64,000 bases of DNA from Cyanophora paradoxa CCMP329 (lineage: Eukaryota > Plantae > Glaucophyta): NCBI GenBank assembly GCA_004431415.1, contig QPMI01000560.1:124001-188000 (forward strand), given 5' to 3'. The notes beneath the pieces were generated by a model. The model did no database searches. It had not been told where the DNA came from and worked only from the letters and a program-made list of their open reading frames with translations. Positions 22,792-38,495 of the stretch are shown here, one piece after another. The first letter of the stretch is position 1, and every line of letters starts with the position of its first letter. A program made the translations under genes and the position numbers.

Positions 22792-23053
22792 CGGGGGGTG
22801 CGCCGGGGGCGATGGCTGCGGCGCGCGAGGGCGGCGCGTGAGCCGGAGGGGCGCGTGATTTTCCTTTCGCGGCCCCGGTCACCTCGAGGCCCTCCAGGGC
22901 GGCGCGCAGCGACGAGGCCGCCGCCAGCTGCAGCGCCCTGTCGTCGCCGTCAAGCAGGTAGATACGGGTGCATACCCAGGGGATGGCGGGGATGGACGAG
23001 AGCGCACACGCGTACGGGCGATGCCGGCGCAGCAGCAGACTGGCGATGCAGCG

Positions 23054-23187
23054 TACCCCCAACCGCTAGCACCGGTACCCCCATCGTAATCGCAACATAC
23101 CCCCAACCGCTAGCACCGGTACCCCCATCGTAATCGCAACATCGTAATCGCAACATCGTAATCGCAACATCGTAATTTAATCGCAAC
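23054..23187. repeat. 44-bp tandem duplication with nested 14-bp repeats (TCGTAATCGCAACA)
   Basis: 23054-23097 equals 23098-23141. The 14-mer occurs three times in tandem at 23128-23169, followed by a degenerate copy. Confidence 0.9.
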
Positions 23188-23875
23188 TTGGCAACATCGA
23201 TATCGATATCGTAGCTGAAAAATATATAATCGATGGCCAGTCAGCTCACGTAAACGTACGCGTCGGCTTGCCGAGTCGAGCTCATCATGGCATGACTCAT
23301 GAGTCTCACGACCGTTGGACTCCGGGATCCTTTGCGCACGACGCCTGCACCTGCTTCACATTGCATTGCAACTTTCCAATTTGGCAACGGTTGCATTATA
23401 ATTACAAGTCACGATTCACGAGTCACGAGCACTTCCCCAAGTTCCTAAACATGAGCTAGCGCTGCACTGGCGCCGTGCGCACGCAAATACTTACGCGCGC
23501 GCTCGGTCGATATGTATCTACGACGCCCACGTGCACGTGGCGAGGAGCTAGCCGAGTGTCAGCTTGGCGTATCAGCAAGTCTACAGTGAAACGAATACGA
23601 CTGTCGGCTTTAGCACTATTACTACGAATAGAAAAGAGTTACAAGAACGAGATGATGGAAACATGAAAAGCGCATAATGAATCAATCTGCGCGGCCTTGA
23701 TCGCTTGAAACTGCGACATACAAAAACGGGAAGCGACAAGGTCCATAGAAAACTGCCTTCGAATTCTACAAGATGCGCGGCGCTGAACAAACGCGGCGAG
23801 TCTCGGTCGAATCTTGCACATGCATCCTATACAGGAGGAAAGGTCGCGAGCGGCCCGGCGCGCGGGTGCTTGGGG

Positions 23876-26073
<2,198 letters not shown>

Positions 26074-26979
26074 CACTGGAACGTGGGACGACTCAACCGC
26101 GGGGGGAGGCGGCATCGGGGGGCCCGCTCCCGGCGGGACAGCCGGGCCCCAGCCGCTCGGCCAGGCCCACATGCCCGCCGCCTGCATTTGAACAGTCCGC
26201 TACTGACGAGGCGCGGCAACGCAAGTCGACTTGACAGCTCGGAGGGGAAGCTCCACGACAACGACAGTGCGCGGCTAGGCGATTGCCCGCACTTGTAAAG
26301 CTGTACAGCCTCCCGAGGAGATCCTGCGGCGCCTGCTCAGCTGTTGGCTGGTGCCCTAGGCCTCAGCCGGATCGCGGTCGGTCAAGGAATCGACGCGCGC
26401 GCGTGCTCATGCAGCTCTTGCTGGAGCAAGCAACCGGGGGTACCTTGAAACAGGACAACGTACAGATGGCCAATCGCCAGCGACCAATGGACGATTTGAA
26501 TTCGCCGTGGTACTTCATGAAATCTGATGAAAACTTGAACAGGAAGAACTCACGAGGCCGGATCATAAATAGGAAAATCCCAGATGTTCCCCCAACCTCG
26601 CGCTCCAGGGAGGTGCCCGCACGTACGTGCTCCGGACGGCGTGATCGAAATCATCGGCCGGAATTCGAAAGAGGCGGAAACCCGCCGGATAGCCGGAATA
26701 GGGCCCGGAACCCGGGAAACGGCGCGGTGCTGCAGTTGATCTAGAGCTTTAGCTTTAGCTTTAGCTATGATAACTTTTCATTGATAAGCTATCATGCGGA
26801 ATCATTGCGGATCGGATCAGGCCGCGGCCACATCAGCCTATATGGCTACATGGACATGGCTACAGCCTACAGGCTAAAGGCTACAGATTGAGGGGCGAGA
26901 GAGGGACTGGCGTGGACGCGAGGAGGGCTGGAGTCTGGAGGGAGGCGGGGGCACCGGGGGGGCGGGCCGGGGCAGGAGC

Positions 26980-29900
26980 CTACGGGCCCCTGGAGAGGTT
27001 GTCGTAGAGGACGAACTGCTCTGCGGGGCCGTCAGCGAGGGGCGCGAGGGGCGCGCGGGGCGGGGCGGCGGGGCGCGGCGGGGCGCACCGAGGAGCATGC
27101 ACTGCTCGGAGGTGAAGCGGTCGGCGAGGTTGAGGGGGGCGAGGGCGCGCAGCAGGCCGCTCTCGGAGCGCGAGGCGTGGCCCGAGTTGAGCCCCACGAT
27201 CCCGCTCTCCGCGCTCGCCTCGCCGAGCAGCGAGCAGACGGCGGCGAAGGTCTCCCGCCCCAGCTCCCGCTCGAAGTACGAGCGCAGCTGCCGCGCCTTC
27301 CCCGTGAAGATCTGCCGCATCTCCGCCGCCCGCCGCTCTGCCGCCCGCGGCGCCCGCGGCGACGCTGCCGCCACGCCCCTCGGCGCGGAGCGGGGCGGGG
27401 GCGGGGCGGGGGCGGGCGGGGCGCACGGGGCACGTGGTCGAGGTCGGGACGGGGGGGCCGGGGGCGGGGCGGCGGCGAGGCGGCGCTCCATCTGCTGGGC
27501 GAGGGCGGAGGCGGCCTCGGAGAGCTCCCGCTTCTCCTGCTCGTCCGAGTCGTGCTCGTGCTCCTCCTCCGCCGGCTCGAAGTCGTCCTCGTAGAACGTC
27601 AGCGTGAACTCGTCTGCCCCGGGGCCGCCGGCGTCAGCGCCCGCCCGTCGCGGGCCCTCGCGGCCCCGCGGCGCCGCGCACCTTCCTCGACCTCCGTCGC
27701 GTCCGGCTCGGCGGCGGCCGCCCCGTCGCGGCCCTTGCCGGCCTCGCCGTGCGCGTGCGCGTGCCCGCCGGGGGCCTCGCCGCGGGCGCTGCGGAGCGGG
27801 GGGAAGTGGGAGAGGAGGCTGCGGGGCTTGAGGTTCATCGTGTCCTCGTAGAGGCACTGCTCGCTATCCTCCCCCGTGATCCGCGTGTGCCGCCGCGCGC
27901 TCGGCAGCGTCACCGCCCCGTCGATCGCGCCCCGCCCCAGGCCCAGCCGCGCCGCGTCCAGCTCCAGCTGGTGCACGGCCCCCGCGCTCCCCGCCGCCGC
28001 CGCCGCCGCCGCGCGCTGCTGCGCCGCGAAGTTCACGCCGGCCCCCGCCGCGCTCCCGGGCGTCGAGGCCGCCGCGGGCCCGGGCCGCGTCCGCCCCGCG
28101 CTCGAGGGGCCCCGTTGGCGCGGGCGCCCCGCGCGGGGGCCTCGAGTCGCCGCGGCCCGGGCCGGGGGCCCCGCCGAGGGCTGCCGCGAGGAGCCGGCGG
28201 AGCCCTGGCGCGAGGAGCCCGAGGCGGCCCGCGGCTGCGCCGAGAACGTGTACTGCGCGCCCCTCAGAGGCCGCCCTGCGCGGCGCGGGGGCCCGCGCGG
28301 CGCACCGGCGTCCGCGGGCCGGCGGCGGAGGGCGTCTGGGCGATGGGCGAGTCGTGGGGGAAGGCGGGGGGCGACGCCTGCGCCCCCGGCGAGCGTGGGC
28401 GGGACGAAAAGCGGGGCAGCGGGAGCGGGGAGGGGGGGCGGACGCCGAGGGGGGGCAGGTCGAGGTCCTGGGCGGGGTGCGGGTCGCGCTCGCGCTCGCG
28501 GAGCGGCTCGCGCTCGCGCTCGCGCTCGTGGAGGGTGCCCGAGGAGTGCCACTTGTCGAGCTTGCCGCGCGACGGGGAGCTCCCGAGGGCCTTCCCCGGG
28601 GAGGGCAGCTCCCCGCGGCGCGACGAGGAGCTCGAGGGCGGGGCCTTGCCGGGCGGCACGGAGGTCGGGCGCTTGGAGGGCGAGGTGGCGGGGTGGTGGC
28701 TGGGCGAGGGCGGGTGGTGGGAGCCGTCGGCAGCGGGGGCCACCTTCGAGGCGGGGGAGGGCGGGTGCGACGAGGGCCCGCCCTGCTCCGGCGTCGGCTT
28801 CCGGCGGGAGGGCGAGGGCGGCTGAGGGCGGCTCGGGGTCGTGCGGGAGAGCTTGCGGCTCGGCTGCCGCTCGGCCAGGGCCTGCGGGGCGGGTCGGGGG
28901 GCGGGGGCGGGGGCGGGGGCGGGGGCGCGCACGCGCTGCTGGCCTACGACCTCGAGGCCGGTGACGTCGACGTCGGCGTAGTCCTTGCGGATGGAGGGGA
29001 CGAGCGAGGGGCCCTCCTCCTGGATCGTCAGCGGGATGCCCTCCCCCGTCGACGCCAGGGCCCCCGCCGGGATCCCCCCCGTCATCGTCGAGACGAAGCC
29101 GGCGATGCCGCCGGCGCCCGCCGTGCCCCCCGGCAGCACGCCCGACGCCCCGAAGGCGTCCCGGTCGTCCGTCACGATCAGCTCCCGCACGCCCTTCCGC
29201 AGCGTCCGGTGCGCCCCCGAGACGGCGGCGGCCGGGGCGCCGGAGGTGGCTGCGGGGCCGGCGCGGCGGGGGCGGGCCTTGAGCTTGCGGCGGAGGGGCG
29301 CGACGAGGCCCTGCTCGGTGCGCATGGAGCGAAAGGCCTCGGAGACGAGCGAGGCGGAGAGGTTCGACTCCTTCAGCCGCAGCGCCGCCCGCTCCATCAC
29401 CGACATCCGCAGGATCGCGTACACCGTCGGCCGCTCCTCCGGGTCCCGCTGCAGCATTTTGCTGCCCCGCCGTCGGCCCCGGCGCCGGCCGCGGGCGGAG
29501 GGTGGGCGCGCGGGGCCGCGGACCAGGCGACCTCCTTGAGCTCCTCGGAGTACTCGTCGGGGAGCGGGGGCATCGTCCCCTGCATGATCTGCCGCCGAGC
29601 GATGCTCGGCTGGGGGCCGGCGGGGCGGACCGGGCGGGGAAGAGGGGGGTGCGGCACCTTGTAGAGGATTGCGAACATGTTCGTGGCGTCGAAGGGGTGC
29701 CGCAGGGCGCAGAGCTCCTGCAGGATGCAGCCGAGCGCCCAGACGTCGCTCTTGTAGCTGTACGGCTTGTTCTGGCACACCTCCGGGCTCAGGTAGTACG
29801 GCGTTCCCACCGCCTGCCGGCCCGGTCGCTACAGGCTCGGCGTGGCGGGGGCGGGGCGCGGGGCCGGAGGCTACCGTGAGGGCCATCTCCATAGAGCCGT

Positions 29901-30969
29901 CGAGGACCTTGGCTATCCCGAAGTCTCCGATCTTGATCACCCGCGCGTTCTTCGTCAAAAACAGCTGCGCACGCGCCTCAGCGCGCGGTTGGGGGGGGAG
30001 CAGGGCGGCGGGGCGGAGGGCGGCGCGCGTTCTTGGTCTTCAGGTCCCTGTCGAGCGGAGGGGCGGAGGGGATCAGAGCAGGCACTGGGGGGAGGCCTGC
30101 AGCGTCTGCTCCGCCTGCGAGGCGGGCGAACCGGTGCAGGATTTTGCTGCGCGGGAAAGTTCAGAGGGGCGTAGTGTGCTGGGCGAGCGATGGGCGCCGG
30201 CGCACCGCTCATGGATGTACTGGAGCGCCGATAGGATCTGATCAGGCGAGTCAGACTGGCAGCAGGGTGGGCGGAAATCTTTCAGGGCGCGCCTGGACGA
30301 TCCAGTTCAAGATTTCCTGCGGTACGCGCGCTCTCAGCGGCCGCGGGAAAGGAATTCAAAAGACTGAAGAGAAGGAGAAGCGCACGTCCTCGGTGAAGTG
30401 CCGCCCCTCGGCCTTCCGGGCCTTGATGAGCGAGTGCAGGTCGCCTCCCTCGCAGTACTGCATGACCTGCCGCACGCTCGATTCACATACCAACGCGGAC
30501 CTAAGCGCTCGAGAGTGCGTACGATGCACAAGCTTTCTCCTGTCGGCGCGCTTTCCATGAAGGTCTCTTTGTACGAGACGATGTTCTGCAGCGATCTTAA
30601 GATGGAGAGCGGCGCTCGAGGATGAGCACGCGCACCGGGTGACGCAAGGACGCAAGGAGCTCTGACTCGCTGTACGCTTTCTCCTGGTCCTCGGGTTTGA
30701 GTCCGGCTAGCAGGATCTTCTTGATAACCACGAGCTGGCCGTCCTGCAGGCTCCGGGCAAGGAAGGCCCTGCGCAAGGCGTTAGCTGTTGCTTGCGAGGG
30801 CAACCATCGATGCTGGTACCTCCCGAACGCGCCGCCGCCAATGCACTTTTGTATCTAAGCAATGCAGAGGCGTGAGATGCGTAAAAGCGCTGTGCGCTCG
30901 CGTCTGCACCTCGTAGTCTTTCATGGACGCCTCGGCTGGGGCCCCAGCTTGCATGCTAAAGTGCTGCAT
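26980..30969 (-). CDS. NIMA-related (NEK) serine/threonine kinase
   Basis: Contains VVIKKI, YSESELLASLRHP, VMQYCEGGDLHSLI, IKIGDFGIAKVL, GTPYYLSPEVCQNKPYSYKSDVWALGC and MLQRDPEERP. The C-terminal LRSYFERELGRETF helix is typical of NEK1-type kinases. Confidence 0.93.
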
Positions 30970-31303
30970 CTGCTGCAGCGGCTGTACCGACGGCAGCCTG
31001 CGCCGAGCACCACCAGCCCGCGCTGGCTGGGCCTACCTAAATGCGCGGGCGGAGGCTGTCTCAGGTCTAGACTACACGCGCCATAAGAAGATGCTTCTCC
31101 GATCCGGAGCCTATAGCTCCCAACCGGCAGGAAGGTTGCTCTGCGAGGGGTACGCCACTGAAGAGGGCTGCCTCGGACTTCGTCGGCATTCCTGATCTTG
31201 ATCGGAAGCCTCGCACGCAGCACTTTTCGAAGTCGGAGAACCCAGCCTCTAACTTCCAGCGCCTCTCCTTTGCCGGCTAGCGCAAATTTCTTTCGGCGCC
31301 AAC

Positions 31304-33650
31304 ATGTCGTTCTCGGGATTCAGTTCCAGCGACAAACTCTTCAATATCGGCACAGATGAGAAAGTCGGCATGTCGCTAGGTGGGCCTCTCCCCCGCGGAA
31401 ACGCCGGTTTCCTCATGTCTTGAAAGCAAGACGTCGAAGCTGATTTCGCGTCGGAAACGCAGATGATATCATCAAGAAGTCTCGCACCGGTGCTAAGCCT
31501 CAGCGGAAGGCTCCGGCCGCGGCCCAGAAGGGGAAGGCCGTCGCGGGTGGGAGGCAAAACGTGGCGCGGGTTCGCCAGAACGTGCGTCCATGCTTCTTCT
31601 TCGGCAGCACGCACAGCGGAAATGGTTGATTGTGCGATCTGACTTGCCGATACCCGCTTCCAGATGAAGGCCGCGACGCAGACGCGCGTCAATGTCCAGG
31701 CCAAAACTCGCATCCAGGCCGTCTCCAACCGCACGAAGGCCGTTCGCGGAAACCGTGTGGAGAAGATGCGTGGAATCCAGTACACTGCCGAGACCAAGAA
31801 GAAGCAGCAGCAGGTTCGCGTTTTCGTTCGTTCGGATGGCGCTCGTACACGCTCTAATCGTTCTTCTTCTCCGAAGAACGTGAAGGCGGCAACGCGCGGT
31901 CAGCGCAAGACGACTCTTGCCGCTGCTCGGGCCCAGGCGAACGCCGCCCGCATCCAGGCCAACGCTGCTCGTCTCCGCGCCAAGCAGACCGTCAATCGGT
32001 GAGAACAAAGTGTCGTTTGCGAGATGCACAATCTTTTCTTATCAGTATTTCTGTGCAGGGCGCTTGCCCGGGCGACCGGCCGCGTTCCTGTCGGTGTCAC
32101 CACCCGCGCGATGGCCGGCCGTGGCATGCGTTTCGTTGGCGGCAATCTTCGCAGCGCGGTCACCACCCGGCTCTCCGCGCGGAACCGCGGCGCCCAGCCC
32201 GGCGCTATGCAGATCAAGATCGTCAACGACATTGCCAGGTTGGTGACAACTCGCCTTCCGGCATGTCGGGCCCGTTGCGGAGGAAGGAGGGCACGGGCGC
32301 ACGAAACGAGACGGTCGAGGGCTTGAGCGCGGGAACACGTCGCCCGTTATTACGGCTTATTTTCAGCCAAAGCGGCGAAGCCACCGGCAGCCGTCCCTCC
32401 GGCCAACGCGCCGAATCGATTACTTACGCATTTCATGCGTTGAGGGAAGAGGGCCTCTCTCTCTTAATCAAGCCCGCTCATGACGTCCGCTGCCAAGTGC
32501 CGGATTCGTCATTGCGCGGTTGCGGCCCGCATCGGTGCGCCCCTGTCGGCGTTTCTTTGTTCTGTGAATTTTTCTCACTCTTTCTAGCGCAGCTATATTA
32601 TTTTTACAGTGGGGCCCAGGGCCGTCTTTCCCAGCAGCCTGGCAGCGGGAAGCGCATGTCGTGTCCCCCCTCCCATTATCCCCGCCCCCCCTGCGCAGAT
32701 CGAATGCCCAGCAGCGCGTACAGCGCGCCCCCGTTAAGCAGCTCCGCCGCGCCGTGCCTGCCGCGGTCCGTTTCCCCCGCGCCCGTCCTCCCTTCGGTCC
32801 GCCGACGCCGATTCGGCGCAGACGGCCGTCGCTCGCGTGCAGCAGGCCACCCGCGGCCGCCAGACGGCCATCGCTACCCGCCGCGGCATTCAGGTGCCGG
32901 GCCTGTTTATCTCAGTCATCCCGCACCCGTATCTAACGCCTTTCTCAGCCGGTGCAGGCCCCCGCCCGCGTTGCGAGGCAGGCGGCCCGCCAGCGGCTTG
33001 CGGCTGTTCAGCCGGTGAGCATCCGCCAGCGGCTCTCGGTCCCGCAGCAGCGCGTCGTGCGCGGGCGGGCAGCCCCCGGCGCCCACGCGGACGCGTTCGC
33101 CGCCGCCGTCGGCATCGCCCGGGCGCCCCGGCCGGTGGCCTACCAGCCCGTGGCGCGCCGGGCCGCCCCGTCCAGTACGAGGAGTACTATGATGAGCCGG
33201 TCTACGCCGCCGCGCCGCCCCGCCGCGCCGCCCAGGCCTCCGGTGCGCCCCCCAGGCACAGCCGCGCCACCCCGGGCCCGCCTCCTCACGCGCTGCGCAG
33301 GCTACATGACCCGGCAGCAGCCCATGGCCCAGCGCCTCTCCCGCCCCGTGCAGGCGGCCCCGGGTGCGTGCCGTGCTCGCGGCCGCGCCCTCTGCATGCC
33401 CGGCGGCCCCCGCCGACGGGCCGGCGCCGGCGCAGCGTACGACTTCGGCGTGGAGTACGAGGAGCCAGTGTACGCGGCGCCCGTGCGCGGCCGCGGCATG
33501 GCGCGCTACGCGGTGGTGCAGCCGGCGGCCCCCGTGCGGCGGCAGCCGGTGCGGCGCCAGGCGCAGCCCGTCGCCTACTTCGACGACCCCTCCTACGCGG
33601 ACCCGTACCACCCCCACGCGCTCCCCCGCAACGCGTTCGTCCGCCAGTAG
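31304..33650 (+). CDS. UAP56-binding mRNA export adaptor (UIF/FYTTD1-like, Arg-rich, no RRM seen)
   Basis: The spliced N-terminus EKVGMSL|DDIIKKSR is the UAP56-binding motif of ALYREF/UIF. The rest is R/A/Q-rich and disordered. Confidence 0.7.
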
Positions 33651-34013
33651 ACGCTGCCAGACCCCTGTACAGTCCCGCCCACCGCCCTCCGCCCCGTGTA
33701 CAACGCTCTCCTCTTCAATGCGCCACCCTCGATCCGGCCTTTCCTAGCCATGCCTTGCCGCACTAGCTGGTGCCAAAATTCACCAAGGGGGCTCTGGCTG
33801 ACCAGCTTCATACGGCGCGCGGACGGCCTCAGACGAATTAGAGCCGAAAGCGCGCCTGGCCGACTGCGCAGTAGCAGACGCCGGAGCCGGAGTTGAGCTA
33901 GCGAGGAGTTGCGCCGGAGCGCGCGGGCGTGTGCACGCCGTAGTACTCCTTCCGTACTACCTTCGAACCGTACCCGGCCAGCCGAACCAGCCAAGCCGCT
34001 TCCCAGCAGAGAG

Positions 34014-37000
34014 ATGGGGCGCGGGCGCGGAAGGCACAGCGATGGTGGCTACGGCGGCTACGGAGGTGCGCACGGCGCCGGCGGGGGACGAGGCCGCGGT
34101 GGCGGGCGCGGTGGTCGCGGAAGGGGCCGAGTTTCTGAGCCCATTGCGTTCCTGCCCTCGCGGTACGCACGTTCATGCTCTAGAATGCTTATTGAGGGCT
34201 CTGGCATGCGCCCAGCCTCGCCCTGGGAACCGAAATTGAGGCGTTCGCAGCAACACTCTTGAGGACGACTTCAACATGTTCCAGCTCTTCTCTCCGCATG
34301 CAACGCGGAAAGAAGCACGCAAGATCGCGCGCGAGCACGCGATGTCAAGGAGCGCCCCCGATCGGCAGACGAGCCCGCTGCACCAGCTCAGCGCCCTGCA
34401 CGATGCGCGCCGGAGCCCCTTCGAGAGCTCGCACCCGGAGCGCTGGAGGTCGGGCTCCCGCAAGAGCGGCGGCCGCGGCCGGGGGCGGGGCGGCCTGCAG
34501 AACGGGGCCAGCGCGCGGGGCGGGCGCAGCCCGATTGGAGGCGTCGCCATTCCCTTCGTCTACGGTGAGGACGGGAGCGCGAGCGTGCGCCCCCGCAAGG
34601 CGGGCCAGGAGGAGGGGGACGAGGCGCGCTTCTTCGACGTGCCGCACGCGCCGAGCGGCCCCTCCGACGCGGTGAAGCGCTTCCGCCAGCGCGACGCCGC
34701 CGAATCCCCGGCCCCGGGCTCCTCCTGTGCGCCCCTACGTCCCCTTTCTCTGCGATGCGACGTGACCCCTCGGCAGCCGGCGCGGAAGAGGCGGGGCGGG
34801 CCGGCCTCGGCGCCGGAGCGGGCCGGGCCCCCGAGGGCGCCGGGGCCCTCGCTGCGAGCCCCCGTGCGCGCCGCCCGCTTTCTGTGCCCCGCGGGCCTCC
34901 CCGACGGCCCGGCAGGGAGCAGCCACCCCGGGCTCGGTGCGCCTGGCCGCGGCAGCCGGGGCGGGCAGGCGTCGCCCCCGCCGCAGGCGGCGGCGAATGA
35001 CGCGGCGATGCGGGGCCACAAGGCCTGGCTCAAGGCCGCCGGCGTGGGAGCGACGGGCACCGGTGCGCCCCGCCCGCCGCCGGGCGCCTCCGAGCCGAGG
35101 CGAGGCGACGCGGGGGGGCGGGGCAGGGACGCTGCGTGGCTTCGTGCGGGCGAGCGCCGGCTTCCTCGAGCAGCGCGCCGCCTCCGTCATCATGCCCGCC
35201 TCCGCCTCCGCCTCCTCCTCCTCCTCCTCCGCGCCCCCGGCCCCGCCCCGGGGGCAGCGGCGGCGAGCCCCCGGCGCCCGCGCCACCCGCCCCGCCGCGC
35301 CCGCCCCCGCTGCGGCGGACGGCGACTGGAACGTGCGCTGCCCGCCGGCCCCGCGCTCGCGCGTGCCGCTCACGGCCGATGGGGCGGCAGGTGGTACCGG
35401 GCGCCGGCGCGTGGTGCCTCGACGCGCGGCCGGCGGGGGCGCTCCCGGGCGGCCCCTGCGCCGGCGGAGGAGGCCCCGGCGCCCTCCCCTCGCCCGTACC
35501 CATGGACGCTGATCCCCGGCCGCCCCCGCCCCGCCTCTCTCGAGCCGGCGCCCGCCCCCGCCCGGCACCACGCTCCCCGCCACCGCCCGAGCGCCGCTCC
35601 GGGCCCCGAGGGGAGCCTGCGCGGAGCCGGGCCCGGGGCCGGGGCCGGGGCCGGGGCGGGCGCGGCTCCGCAACGCACACGCGGGCGGGGTTCGGGCTGG
35701 AGGAGGAGACGTTGCGGGCGGGGGCGGTGGTGGACTCGGACGCCGAGTCGCTGGACGACGCCCTCGTCGACGACTTCCTCCAGGCACGCCCCCCCGCCCC
35801 GCTGCACCGCCCCGCACCGCCCGGCCCCGCCTCGCTTCTGCCTCGGCCCCGAGCCGCCGGCGCCCTGACGCCCGGCGCCGCAGAACGTCGACCAGGACTG
35901 GATCAACGCCGTCAGCCGCTTCAAAATCGGCGGCGCCGACGAGGAGGACGAGGAGGACGAAGAAGAGGAGGACGAGGAGGAGGAGGAGGAGGAGGAGGAG
36001 GAGGCGGAGGGGCGGCCGGCGAAGCTGCGCGCCTTCCGCCAGGGGAATCTGATGACGCGGCTGCGGGGCGGGCGGGGCATGCGGTGCGGGGCCCCGCCTG
36101 CGCCGCCTGCCGGCGGGCGCTGAGGGGCGGGACAGGCGGCTGGGGTCGTCGGGAATCAAGACGCGCGCGAAGCGGCCGGCGTCGGTCCCCGCGGGGGCCG
36201 CCAGCCCGAGCCCCGCCGGGGAGGCGCTCGGCGTGCCCGGGCCGGGCGCCCTGCGAAGGCGCGCGAGGCGAAGCGGGCGAAGCGGGCCTCGGAGGCGGCG
36301 GAGGCGGAGGCGGCAACGGAGGCGGCGCTCGACGAGGCGATCGGCCGGCACGGCGTCGGGCCCGAGGGCGCGCCGCCAGCCCCGCCCCGCCCCACGCCCG
36401 CCCCGCGCGGGCCGGCCTGACGGGGCGGCAGACGAGGACCCGCTGGGCAACCTCGAGCTCGACCCCGGCAGCAGCGACGAGGAGGAGGAGGAGGGCGGGA
36501 GCGGTGCGCCGGCGGCGGCGGCGGCGGCGGTGCCTTCCCGCCGGCGGCTCACTTCCAGCGCAGGGGACGAGGACTTCGAGTCGGGGTCGGAGGGGTCGGG
36601 CGCGGAGTCCGGCAGCGAGGGCTTCGACGAGGACGACGAGGAGGAGGACGAGGAGGAGGGCAGCGGGGACGAGGAGGACGAGGAGGAGGAGGACGAGGAG
36701 GGGTCGGAGAGCGGCGAGAGCGGGAGCAGCAGCAGCAGCAGCGGGGTCATGTGCGGGGCCCCCGCCCCCAGCACTCCCGGGGCGGGCGCTGACGGCGGGG
36801 GTCCCCGCTGACGGCAGGTACTACGCGAACCTGTCTGACGAGGAGGGGGGGCCCCGGGGCCGCCCCGCCCGCGGCGAGGCGCCCCGCGACGACTTCCTCT
36901 TCTCCACCTCCTGCCCGGGGCCCTCGAGCGGGCGCGGCGGCCTGCACGCCGGCGCCTCGCGCTCGTCGGCGATGCGCGTCACCCTGCGCGAGGGCGCCGG

Positions 37001-38495
37001 CGGCTGGGAGCGCCACGTCTCCGGCCCCGGCGGCCCCGGCAGGAGCGGCGCCGGGAGCAGCAGCAGCAGCTCGAGGCCGCGCGGTGCGGCGCGGCGGGTG
37101 CGCGCGAGGGCGAGGGCGCCACCGCCGACGGGCCGGGCGCAGGCTTCCAGGAGCGGCTGGCGCGGGCGCAGGGCGGGGCGCGGCAGGGGCGCCTCTCGGG
37201 CCAGTTCTTCGCGGAGGACGCCCTGGAGGACGCGGCGGAGGCGGAGGCGGGCTGGCGGGGCGGCCGCGGCTCCCGCGGCAGCGGCGGGGGCGGGCGGGGA
37301 AGCAGCGGGAGCGGTCGCGGGGCTGGGTGGCCGGCGGCGGGCTCGCCGCGGAGCGCGCCGGCTTCCGCTTCGACGAGGACGAGGACGAGGAGGAGGAGGA
37401 GGACTTCCTCCCCCTCCGGGGCCCCCGCGGCCCCGCGGCGCCCCGCAGGCGCGCCCGCCCGCCCCTCTCGCCCCCGCGCCGCGTCGCGTCGCGGGCCGGC
37501 CTCATATGCCCTCGCCTCCTCCTCCACCCGCAGGGGCGGCCGGGGTCGCGGAAGGAGAAGAAGGCGGCGAAGGCGGAGCGGAAGCGGCGGAAGCAGGCGC
37601 GCAAGGCCGGCGCCGTCGTCTCCGACCTCGAGCAGGCCCGCCCCGCCCCGGCCCCCGCCCCCCACCGCGCCCCCCCGCTCGCCCTGACAGCGGGGGCAGG
37701 TCTCCCGCGTCATGCGCGACTTCGTCTCCGACCCGTCCGCCCGCCCCCCTCGCCCGAGCTCGGGCCCCGGGCCGGGGGCCGACGCGGGGCGGGGCGGGTG
37801 CGGGGCGGGCAGGCGGGACGTGAGCCTGGCGCTGCCGGCGATGTCGAAGCTGCTGCGCTGGCACGTCCACCAGCTCGCCGAGCTCTACGGCCTCCGCTCC
37901 CGCTCCCTCGGCACCGGCCCGCCCCCTCCCCCCGCCCCCCCCGCCCGGCCCCCTCTCACGGGGGGCGGCAGGGGGCAACCGGTACCCGACGCTCCTGCGC
38001 ACGGAGCGGACGCGGGCGGCGCGCCCGAGGAGGTCCCCGCCCCGCCCCTGGGCGCGGGCGGCACGGGCGGGCGCGGCTCTGACGGCCGCGGCGCAGGTGC
38101 GGGCCCTGCTGGAGAACGCCGCCGCGCACCTCGCCGGGGCCCGGCGGGCCGAGGCGCCCTCCCCGGCCCCGCGTCCCGCCCGCCGCCCCAAGAAGCAGCC
38201 CGGCCCCGGCCGCCGCGCCTACGGCACCTGGGAGCCCGGCCCCGCCCCGGGCCCGCGCCCGCGATCGAGCGGGGGCGGGGGGGCGGGGGCGGACGGGGCG
38301 GCGTCGGCGCGGCCGTCGGAGGGGCTGCAGCGGGCGGACCCGATCGAGGAGGACAACGTGGGGCACAAGATGCTGGCGCGCATGGGCTGGACGAGCGGGA
38401 CGGGCCTCGGGGCGAAGCGGCAGGGGCGGACGGAGCCGATCCCCGTCGTCGTCCGCTCCTCCAAGCGCGGCCTCCGCACCGCCGCCGACGCCTGA
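34014..38495 (+). CDS. R3H plus G-patch protein (Sqs1/Pfa1-like)
   Basis: RGG-rich start and acidic tracts. R3H reads LPAMSKLLRWHVHQLAELYGLRSRSLG and the G-patch reads IEEDNVGHKMLARMGWTSGTGLGAKRQGRTEPI. Confidence 0.85.

Noticed and set aside
23475-23870. AT-rich island as foreign DNA or ncRNA
   Set aside because: No supported ORF, box motifs or structure. It is consistent with a 3' UTR or intergenic spacer.
26283-26744. 153-aa + strand ORF or transposon relic
   Set aside because: No ATG start in good context, atypical codon usage, and no recognisable domain or terminal repeats.
26744-26767. Telomere-like (TTTAGC)3
   Set aside because: Too short, internal and not a canonical telomere unit. 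It fits the local duplication background.
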